Below are positions 52,925-64,000 of a stretch of DNA of 64,000 bases, piece after piece. A model generated the notes under the pieces. That model was not told the DNA's origin. It searched no databases and saw only the letters and a program-made list of their open reading frames with translations. The DNA is taken from contig CP158636.1 of NCBI GenBank assembly GCA_050273025.1, positions 6,386,001 through 6,450,000 on the forward strand, in the 5' to 3' direction. This DNA comes from Cenococcum geophilum. Its lineage: Eukaryota. A program made the translations under genes and the position numbers. Each line of letters starts with the position of its first letter. Position 1 is the stretch's first letter.

Positions 52925-55900
52925 TATAAGGTGAGGATATAGATAGGGAGTCCAATAATAGAACAATAGGTATATTGTATAGACAGAGACGAATCCTTAA
53001 GGGAAAAGGAGGAGTCTGTATGCGAGGTAGGAAGGGTTTTCCCTAGGCATGTGTAGCGCATGTGCCTTACGGGCGAGTCACCCCTAGGTTACCCTAGGGT
53101 CGCCCATACCTTACGGCTATATAACTATCTACTTAGGTTTTACCTAATAATGCCCCCCCCTTTAAAAAGGGTCGTCCCCGATCCTTTATATACTTAAGCC
53201 TTAATAAAACCCTATAAAAAACCTTAGTAAGGAAAAAATTTAGAGGGGAAAGAGCGTCTTAATTTTGTATATAGAGAGACGGGTAGTATATATACGCGGC
53301 GCGAGGATATTAAGGAACTTTAACCGGCGGTTAAAGTTATCTAATTGGTCAGATTTGACTTGCTAAGACTCCCCCGCATTTAACTAAGCCAGTAACAATT
53401 TTATATACCCGGTATGGAAAATCCTAATTAGTCTATTTAACAGGTAGAGCCAGTAGAGCTTAATACCGTCGCCTAAATTTGGTAGACCAGAAATATTCTA
53501 AAAGCTCGCTTATGTAGGCAGGTCGCTAGTACCTTGCGGGTTGGTCGTAGGTTATTCGCATACAGCCAGATTTATGGACGGTAAGGCTATATGCCTGTTA
53601 AACCCGCTACTAACCCTGCTTTAGCCTTACGCTATACTAGTATAGCGCCGTGTATACTTTATGGGTAGGTTATAGGTTACTTATATATAGCCAGGTTTAG
53701 GACGGTAAGGCTATATGCCCGTTAAATCCGCCGCTGACCCATGCTTTAGCCTTATGCGTTATCTGCGTAGTATATGCGTAAAATAGTGTAAGTTATTGGT
53801 ATAGGTTACCACTAGTGGGTTACTAATAGGTCGTAGACTCTAGTTAAATGGACCCTAGTTCTAAACGGGCCTATTTTCTAATATATAAATAATCTGCTTA
53901 GCTAGCATAGGGTAACGGATTAGGTCTAGGAAGGGTGCTTTCTAAATTAAGCTTTATTGCTAGTATACGCTATAGCCTCGCCTGCGAGTTATAGCAATCG
54001 TTACTTATTCTTTAATCCCTTTAAATGTCCTCTGTTCCGCTTTAATGCAGATTATATTTTAATAGCGGCGCTTGCTTTTCGCCTGCGCTTTAGCTGTAAG
54101 GCTAGGGTATCCCGCTTGCGGTACTTATCTAGCAGTTATTAACAATTCTCGAGTTCTATCTTATATTTCCATTTGTTATACTTATTTAGCCATCCTAGCC
54201 ATTTAATAAGGTACTGCGGTTATCCAGCATAATCTTAGTAGGTGATAATTACTTTTACTTCCTAGCTGCCTTCCTTAAGCTCTTCTACTGCCAGGGGTTA
54301 AAACCTAGGGCGTAACCTATAAGGCTCTAGTAGGGAGATATAGAAGACTAGGTAGAGCCGTACTATAGTAGGTAGGAGCTCTAGCTTATATACTTGCTGC
54401 CCTACGCGCTCTAGGATCTAAAATGGTCCTATAAATTTATAGTTAAGCTTTTTATAGGGACGTTTTATGCGGATATTCTTGGAGGAGAGTAGGACTTATT
54501 TACCGACGGCGAAGTACTTAGCTAGGTGGTAACAATTATAGTATTTTGCCTAAAGCTTTTAGGCGTGCATTATTAACGCTACCGCTGCCTTATGTATAAG
54601 GCGCAGGCGTTATAGATGCGTCTCTATAAGTTAGACATTCGTTAACTCGGACTCCTCCCTACCTTATTAGGCGTCTTAGATGCTATTTAGGACTCTATCC
54701 GGGACGTTTAATAACTAGCTATAGGCGAGCTTAATAGGGGAACGCTTTGTTATAGTATAGACCTTAGAGTTATAGGTAAAGGCTACTTCTTTAAGTAGGG
54801 AGGCCTAATTAGACTGTTCCTAGTTTATAAATATATATAGGTATACCTTAAGCTCCTAGTTCTAACACTCCGTCTAACTATCTATCTATAGGTAAAATAT
54901 AGTGCTAAGTTTACGTTAAACGCGGAGATAGTAGCATATAGTGCTCTAGTACTCGCTTATAAATATACTACCCCTATTAGAGACGATATTATCTAAAGGC
55001 CCTATTTATATAAAGACTCTAAATAAGAGTTCTGTGAGTTATATAGCATTAATTATCTTACGCACTAAATAGTAGCGTACTAGCTTCGTAAAATAGTCTA
55101 TAAGGATAAAAACGGAGTTATACTCTACGCCATTAGGAGTCTTGGACTCTGGGAGATCTATAATAAAGTTAAGTAAATAATGCCGCTAGGCTTAGGTAAG
55201 GGCCTAGAGAGGCTGTAGCTTACTATAGGGTTTATAGCGGCGCGATTTAGAGCGTTAGCAGGTATTATAATTATTTAGGTATTTGCGGAGGTTTTAAGTA
55301 AGGCCGTTCTAAGTATACTTTTGCGCGATTACCTTAAAGGTATAGTTAAAACCATAATAGCTACCTATAGGATTGTTATAATTTCGCTTAAGGATCTCCT
55401 ATTATAGTAGTATGTAATTCGGCACCTAGACCTTATTATTTTACCTTAGGAGTCCTTAATTATTAAGGGTATAGTCCTTATTACCGGCGGGAACTTATTC
55501 CTAGGTTAACTAATTATATATAGAGCGTGTAAAAGCATCCCTTTTTTATACTCTATAAATAAAATTAACTAGTAACTTAGGGAGGTATTCCATAAACGCT
55601 GTTTCGGCTAAGGCAGCTACTACTACCTCTTGCCGTGGCACGAGACTTTACGTAAAGTTGGTACTAGCAAAGTAACGTATAATATATAGGTGACTTACTA
55701 GGTTGTTGCGGGGGACCATAGCCTGGGCTAAGGGGTCTTCCCTAGGGTTAAGTGCTATTAGGCCGGTTAAGGTAGTCTTAAAGAGAATAGTAGGACGCTC
55801 TGGTCCGCCGGCGCTAAGTTTATAAGGGTTACTTACATATTACACGCATACTACTCGCTGGTTTGGTATAGTAGCACTAGGGCCGCCTATAAGGCCTATA

Positions 55901-57067
55901 ACCTGTAACTTTTGCTATAATATAGGCAGTATAGCATTAAGGATTATCCTCTTACTGCTATCTTTAAAGCCTTTAGTATAATCCAGGCGCCGGGATAGTG
56001 TGTTAGTAGAATTTATCTTGCCTAGCTTATATTTAATCTTAAAATTAAACTTAGCTAGTTCTTTAGCATACTAGGCCTAGTAAGTAGATAAGCTTTTAGT
56101 AGTTATAAAGTACCTAAGATTATTATAATTATAGAGCACGCGCGTTACATGCGTGGCGTGTTTAAGGTAATAGCGCTACGTCTTAAAGCATTATACTATA
56201 GCGAGTAGTTCTTTATTATGCGTATTATACTATACTTCTAGGCTAGTAAGCTTTTAACTGTAATAAGCGATTAGGTGCTAGTGGAGTTAATCTCCCTACC
56301 CTAAAGGCTGCAGAAGTATACCACTATAGGCATAGTTAGAAGCGTTAGTAATTACTATTAGGGGTAAATTAGGGTTAAAGTGGCGAAGTAGAGGAGCCTA
56401 TATAAACGTAGCGCGTAGCTTATAGAACGCCTACTGTATATTATCGGGCCAGGACTAGGGTTAATACTATTTAGTGGGCCCTTTTAACTTACGCTTCTTC
56501 TTCTTCTCCCCATCTAATGTTGGGTCGCGATGTGCCTATATAAGATATGCGTATAGGGGGTATGTAGTATCTAAGTAGTTCCAAATAAATCGCCTATAGA
56601 AGTTAGTAAAGCTAAGGAAGACCTAGATATCTCTATAGGACTTAGGCTCTAGCTATTCCTTAATAGCTTTTACGCGGTTAGGGTCTATTATAATACCCCT
56701 AGGGGTAATAATAAAGCCTAGGAACTTAACGTTCTTAGTGTAAAAGATATATTTTAATAGTTTGGCGTATAGGCCCTAAGCGCGGAGCTGTCGCAGTACC
56801 TGCTTAACGTGCTTAATATACTTATCCTTATTATTTAAGTAGATAAGAATATTATCTAGGTAAACTATATAAATAGTATCTACTAGGGTTCCTAGAGCTT
56901 TATAAATATAGCTTTAAAAAGTCGTAGGGGCGTTAGTAAGACTAAAGGGCATTACTAGGTACTTAAAGTAACCGTAGCGTATCTTAAATACAGTCTTTTA
57001 TTTATCTCCCTTTTTAATACAAATCCTATAGTACACATTACAAAGATCTAGCTTTATAAATATCAAT

Positions 57068-60000
57068 TGTTAGGCCATAGAGACGCACTAGCCGTAACCG
57101 GCTTAGCGCAGGTGAGGCGCAGGCAAGGCGCCTACAAAACATAGTCACCCCACATCAGAGAACAGCAGAATTCAGTTCTACAGTTCTACTTCATTAAGAA
57201 CTAGATACTCTTTACATCCCGCTACTATTATTACGTTACTATATGCCCTAAAGACCTTGGCGTCCTAACAGTACTAAATTCTCATCCCTTTTTAGGGGTA
57301 GTGGCCCAATAACACAGCGGTTTGCTAAGGCTACGACTATATAGCGGCAACCCTCTGTCGAGAAGACGACCTATATTTATTAACTATATCGCAGCCTATC
57401 GACCTAATGGCGAGACGAGGGCGTACCAGCGTAGTGTGTACTACTGAGCCTGGGGATTGGCCCTAGGATAATATAGGCGAACCTATGTCGTCCCAGACAG
57501 AACCGGAAGCTATAGACGAAGGGGATATATAGGAAGAAATACAACGGCTAGAAAACGAGAAGCTATAACTCCTAGAGTAAAGAAAACTACACTTGCTTAG
57601 GGAAGAGGTGGAAGTGCTAAGACGGCGTTAACGCGGCAAGGCGACGTTGACTCCCGTTCCTGACCCAGATCTATAACTTTAAACTATCCCATTAGAGTAC
57701 TTAGATGGTAGCTAGATGCGTCTAAACCTTAAGCGAAAGGCTACTAATATAATAGGCGCTCCGTTAAAACGGGCCGTTAAAATAGAGAAGATTACTCTAT
57801 ATTATAGTAAGACCATATAAGAGTACTAAGACTTCCGCGACAGCTTAAAGCTAGCGTTCCGCCTAAAGCATAATAGCTTCGCGGATAAGGATACTAAAGT
57901 CGCGTTTACTATATAATATATAAAGGGGACCAACCGAACCCTTTAGCTGTAGTATGAAGATGACTACCTAGATACGTAGTTTACCTAAAAGGAGCTAATA
58001 GAATTCCTAATTAACTAAATTAAAAGTCCTATTAATTGAGAACTCTATATAGCCCTAATATATATAAGGGTAATGCAATAAACCAATTAACCTATAAATG
58101 AGTTTGCTGCTTACCTAACCTCCTTAGAAGTATAAATTAATCCTCCCTATAATATAAAGCATCTAATAATACACCTGTTTACGAAGCTATGGCTAGAGCT
58201 ACGGCTTACGGTTATTAACTATTAGGAGTTTCCACAAACTTAAAATTAGCTAGTTTCCCTAGCTGCCCTATTAGAGGAAAACCAGAAGAGCGCGAGCGCC
58301 CTATAGGCTAGAAGTAATAGGCGCGCCGCGAACTCAAATATAAAGACTACCCTATTAGGTAACTCAGGGAAAGCGGACTCTAAAACCACCGCCAGCAACG
58401 CGACGGCGGGGTAAAGTAGTACCGCTAGGGGTTTAACCCAACCTAAGGGGAACTGCAAAAATTGTAGCAAGCTAGGATATTAGTGGCAACAGTGCCCGGA
58501 GCTATAATAGTACTAGCCGCAGTTAAGCAGCGTAAACGCCATCTTGACGCTAGGAAAAGGTAGGCGCCTTTAGAGCCCCTTACACCTATAGGGCGTAAGC
58601 TACCACTAGATTATAAGGAAGCTATTACTATCTTAGGAGAAGTCCTATTTAAGCAAACCTAGAAGGAGACCTTAGTAATACTTAATCTCGGCGCTAAAGT
58701 AAATATAATTAATTAGCGATTTATAATGGAGTGTAACTTTAAAATATTAGATATAGAATTGCCTACCTACTCCTAGTTAAATAAAACTTAGGTATATTAC
58801 TATAAAGCCTATAAGGTACTATTAAGGATAAAGGATAGCTAGGGTAGGATAAGGGAAGTAACCCTTATCTGCTATAGAATAGCTAATACATCCCCTACTG
58901 TTACCCTAGGTATACTAGAGTTAAAGAAGGCCTAACTTCTTATTAAATATAAGGCGAAGGCGTGGTAATAAAAGCTAGACGGCTCGTCCCTATTACTATA
59001 AACCCCTAAGGGTTTTGCGGAGTCTCTCTAGAGGGAATCTAGGGTCTTTACCCTAGTAATTACTGGATTAATGCCTAGCAAATAAGATAACGGCAGCTTG
59101 CCAGTTTTTCCCCTATAGTTAAAAAAAGCTAGCAATATCTTCTTATATAAGGAAGCAGGAAAGCTACCCTAACACTAATGGGGCGACTATACTATTAACC
59201 TAGAAGAGGGACAAGAGGTCCCGTATAGGCCGCTCTATAACCTCTTAGTTAAGGAGCTAGAGGTACTAAGGGAGTACTTAAATAACACCTTAGCTAAAGG
59301 CTGGATTTAACTAAGTACTAGTCCCGTAGGGGCACCTATCCTATTCGTACCTAAAAAAGATAGGAAGCTATAGCTCTATATAGACTATAGAGGCCTTAAT
59401 AAGGTAATAATTAAGAATTATCTTACACTACTATTAATTAGTAAGACCTTAGACCGCTTAGTAGGTTCTAAGATCTTTACTAAGTTAGACCTAATAAATG
59501 TATACTACCGCCTTTATATCTGTTAGGGTAATAAGTAAAAGACAGCGTTCCGCACGCGTTACGGCCACTTTAAGTATTTAGTTTTACCTTTTAGGCTAAC
59601 TAATAGACCAGTAACCTTTTAGGGCTATATTAATTAGGCCTTATTAGGACTAGTAGACGTCTTCTATATAGTCTATCTTAATAATATTCTAATTTTCTCT
59701 AAAAATCTAGAGGAATACTAGCGCTACATACTAGAAGTGCTACGTAGGTTATAGTAATATTAACTATATGCAAACCTTAAGAAGTGCAGGTTTAGTATAT
59801 AAGAGGTTAAGTTTCTAGGATATATCATTAGTCCTAAAGGCGTAGCAATGGATTCTAGCTAGGTAGAAGCTATTACTAAATAGGAGAGCCCTTAATCCTA
59901 TAGGGATATCTAGGTCTTCCTAGGTTTTGCTAACTTCTATTACTAGTTTATTTATAAGTATTCTACTATTACAAAGCCTATTACTAATCTCCTTAAGGGA

Positions 60001-63000
60001 GTAAAGAACGGCCGTAAAGCTAGGCCTCTTAGTTAGCCCGAAAAGGCGGAGTAGGCAATACGCCGGCTCTATAACGCCTTTATAACGGCGCCGCTCCTAT
60101 AATACTATACGCTGGGCTTACTAACCCAGTTAGAGACTAATGCCTCTATATAAGGCCTAGTAGCAATTATATTATAGCTGTTTAAAGATGGTCTTTAGCA
60201 TTTAATAGCCTTCTAGTCTAGAAAGCTTTCGCTAGCAAAGCGCAATTATAAGACCTATAATTAGGAGCTACTAGCTATTATAAAGGCTTTTAAGCATTAG
60301 AGACACTATATTAAGGGGTTATTAAGCCGCCTAAAAGTACTTACAGACTATAATAATCTAAAGGGTTTTATAAAAGTAAAAGCCCTTAATGGACGGCAAG
60401 CTAAATAGGCTATAGCATTAACTGCCTATAACTTTGTTATTAAGTATAGGGCGGGAAAAACGAACCCTATAGACACGCCGTTAAGGCAACCCCTAGGCGC
60501 AGAGGGTCCGCCAGAAGAAGACACTATGCTACCATTACTTTAAAGGACTTTAGGAATGCAGGGCCACTAACCTAAGGTAAAAGTCCTATTAGGTATATAA
60601 GAAAACGAGCCTTTTACAGAGGTGTTATTTTTACGGCTATAAGCCGGCGACCCAACGGCGGTACGCCTAGGCTATATAGTATTACGGTTCGACTGGGCAA
60701 CCTATACGTATACTATTAAGCAGTATATAATAAGGACCTAAGTTAAAGAAGCTAGTACTTAAGAGAGTGCTTATAAGTCTAGTATAGAAATAATTATTAA
60801 GCTTATTAAAGGACTTTAGACTAAAGATAACTTTATACTGCAAAAGCGCAGCGATAGCGTAGATACTATAAGACGCCGTTAACGCGCCCGCTTAAAGCTA
60901 GTATAGTAGTTTAATTCCGCTAGACTACTTTATTACCGCAAAAGGCTATACGTACCCCTAGACCTAGCGGTTTATACAGAACTCCTATAGATCTACTACA
61001 ATAATACCCTAGCTAGGCACTTTAGTAAGAAAAAAACTCTAGATCTACTTTTGCGTAAGTACTACTAGCCTAGTATAAATGCGGATATTATAAACTATAT
61101 CTCTACCTGTAATTTATACCAATATATACGTGCGCCTTAATATCGCCCTTACGGTGAGCTTTAAGCGCTGCCTTGCCCGGACCAGCTGTGGTAGGAGATT
61201 ATAATGGACTTTATTATAGGCCTACTACCTAGTAAACGAGGCAATAAGGTATATAACACAATATATATAATAGTTAACCGCTATACTAAGATGGCCTTAT
61301 ATCTGCCTATAGTAAAAACTATTACTATAACTAAACTCGCGGATCTTTTCCTTAACGAAGTAGTATGCTGTTTTGGAGCCCCTAGGGGGATTATATTTAA
61401 TTATAGTAGTATCTTTACTAGTAAGTTCTAGTTAGAGCTATGCTTTACTACGAAGATTAAACGTAGGCTAAGTACGGCCTTTTACCCGTAAACCGATGGG
61501 TAAATAAAACGCCAGAATTAAACCTTAAAGTATTACCTCTGTGTATTCTATAATGAAAAGTAAAGCAACTAGGCAGGCCTTTTATTACTAGCCAAATTCG
61601 CCTATAATAATGCTAAATATAGTAAGACGGGTATAAGCCCGTTCTATACCTACTATAAGTTTTACCTGCGTCTAGAATGTAAGGTTAAGGCAGACAATAG
61701 TAGTTCTATTCTAGCCGCCTTTAAGAGAATTAAAAGAATATCCCTTAAACGCGAAGCGCTGGCGAAACGCTAGGAACACGCTACTAAGGCGTAGGTAAAA
61801 TACTACAATTATTATCACTAACTATAGGTATATAAAGTAGGGGATTTAGTCTTGCTATTAACTAAGAACCTTAAACTAAAAAGGCCTAGTAAGAAACTTA
61901 TAGCATACTTTATTAGACCTTTTAGTATAGCCAAACTAGTTAAAAAGTAAGTATACTAACTATATCTACCTACGTCTTACCGTATCTACCTAGTGTTCTA
62001 TATTAGCTTGCTAGAGCTATATAAATAACATAAGGGCACTACTAAAGACCCTCTATTAGGGCCTATTAAGCTAGATAATTAAGCGGACCAAGAGGACTAA
62101 TATAAGGTAGAAGAAGTACGTAAAAGGAAGGGATATAACTAGACCCTATAGTACCTAGTTAAGTAAAAAGGCTGACTAGAAGAATATAATAAATAGGTCC
62201 TAGTAGAGGACATTAATAAAGACGCAAAGGAGACGTATAATAGTTACTTTACCCCAAGGGGCAAACGGAAAAGAAAGTAGGTAGAAGAATAAAAAAACTT
62301 TTAATTATAACCAAGGTTACGCCCTACTAGTAGGGCAACAACGGAATAACGGCGGAGCGATAGCAATACGCTAATAGAAATACAGATACTCTATAGCTCT
62401 ATTAAATCCTCCCTCTCCTCCCCTTCTTCCTCATCCTCCTTACCCTTATCCTCCTCCTCTCCCTCCTCCTCATCCTCCTTACCCTTATCCTCCTCCTTAT
62501 CCCTTACAATGGGAGGCATATTAGCCTATAGGTACTATTAGTATACGCTATAACAGCAAAACACCTACGCTATGACACGTACTAAAGTGCGTATTATGTT
62601 AAGAATTCCTTTAAGAGTATAACAGATGGCCTATAATTCCTGCACTTAGAGTAGGGGAAAGTCTTCGCCCTTTAGGCGCTAGCGGAGACCGTGCTTAGCG
62701 CTAGTACGCACTAAGGCCTTAATATCCTTTATAAAGGACTTCTAGGCGGCAGCAACGCAAGCATTAAGGTTAGCCGTGTCCCCGCTAGTAACCCGCTAGC
62801 GCTTAGCCCTATTAATAAGGGCAAGTAGCTCGTTTAGGCGGCTATAAAAGGCCTTAGGGACCTAGTCTATTAGCTATTAGAACCTAAACCAACGCATTTA
62901 GACGTACTAGTTAGCACAACTTATTTAATTATTAGCAGTACCCGCAATTACGGTTAGCCTACTTACCATAAGTAGCCCGCCCAGTAGTAGCTACACGCTT

Positions 63001-63651
63001 AGTATAACGGAGGTAGATTAGTTCTAGCAAAGCTAGGGAAGCAGCTTACGAGTGGCGTGGGAGCTTTAACGGCGCCTAGTAGGGTTAGCAACAGCTATAA
63101 GCTAGTATAAAGAATACTTATAGAAGACTCGCGAGCAGGCGAACTAACGGCTTAGCGCTTACGATTTATAATTAATTAGAAGTTATAAAGAAGGCGAGTC
63201 GTAGGCTAAATAAATTAAAATGGAATTAGAAGGGAAATCTAATATCCTACCTAGGTGGGAACTCCTACCTTTATAGATCTCTATAAGGTCCTATTATTAT
63301 ATTATCCTATTATTATATTACCCTATTGTTACATTATTTAATTCACTTAACTTTATTAAAAACTTTTTATTTAGAGAAGGGCAATAATAGCACTCCTATT
63401 ATATAATAGCGTCGGCTAAGGACAGCCGCTTAAGAAGGGGGGGGCAATTATTAGGCTATAAAGACGCACTGGCCGTAACCGGCTTAGCGCAGGCGAGGCG
63501 CAGGCGAGGCGCCTATAAAACGTAGTCGCCCCGCATCAGAGAACAGCAGAATTCAGTTCTATAGTTCTACTTCATCAAAAACCAGATACTCTTTACATCC
63601 CGCTACTATTATCACGTTACTACATGCCCTAAGGACCTTGGCGTCCTAACA
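57068..63651 (+). mobile_element. Ty3/Gypsy chromovirus family C (full length, RIPed)
   Basis: 203-bp LTRs at 57068-57270 and 63449-63651. Gag CCHC knuckle (~58454), protease, RT, RNase H, integrase (ORF 61204-61431), chromodomain (~62100-62215) and PPT aagaagggggggg. Confidence 0.93.
62300..63180 (-). pseudogene. Gypsy-C antisense spliced ORF with a six-cysteine cluster and acidic tail
   Basis: De-RIPed EPICLRCAKRVATTGRATCGKQANRNCGYCQQLNKLCQP at ~62905-63025, intron-like branch/acceptor signals, and an E/D-rich tract at 62405-62505. Confidence 0.55.
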
Positions 63652-64000
63652 TCTTTATATAGCTAAGCCTATTAAAGAGCTCGCTAACTAGCGGTAGGGG
63701 GTACTAATTTTTAATCGTGATCTTGTTTAGGCGTCTATAGTCGACGCATAGCCATATTATACTGTCTGCTTTCGGCATAAAGAGGATAGGCGCTCTAGTA
63801 GACGACTTGCTAGGCCTAATCTAGCCCTTTTTAAGAGCACTGTCTAGGTACTTTTATAAAATCTACAACTCTTTTTATAAGAGGTTATAGAGGGGTATTT
63901 ACGGTGGCGTCTTACCTTCTTCTAAGTCGATCGCATAGTTATACTTAGAGTTCTATAGTAGTATGCTTGCTAGCTCGTTAAAGAAGATATTAATTTCCTC

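Larger units (their letters stand above)
52925..64000 (-). mobile_element. Gypsy-B copy 3 (reverse orientation, runs off window), interrupted by Gypsy-C
   Basis: 3' LTR at 52925-53149. Reverse complement of copies 1 and 2 from 53150-57064 and again from 63652-64000. Confidence 0.93.

Overview
Filamentous ascomycete (Pezizomycotina-like) DNA. Two large AT-rich, RIP-degraded transposon nests (1-~34390 and ~49870-64000) flank a GC-balanced island. The island holds a decayed, cargo-like pseudogene strip (~34.4-41.4 kb), four apparently intact housekeeping genes (RanBP1-domain nucleoporin NUP56/YRB2-like, YIP4, GAL7, ERG28) and an LrgB-like pseudogene cut by a Copia element. The nests contain at least four Ty3/Gypsy chromovirus families (A; B in three copies; C; D), one Copia, three solo LTRs and two short, little-mutated MITEs (PIF/Harbinger-like and piggyBac-like). 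The most notable object is an ~11.7 kb unit (13894-25592) inserted in Gypsy-D and bounded by an ATAT direct repeat. It encodes a Crypton-F-type tyrosine recombinase with a GCR1_C domain and, convergently, a complete Helitron-like HUH-Rep/PIF1 helicase. Between the two genes lie 35-bp iteron-like repeats, hairpins built from that same motif, a 257-bp tandem array and a captured Copia gag fragment. Protein identities in RIP-mutated regions come from my manual translation with C>T/G>A reversion, not from database searches.
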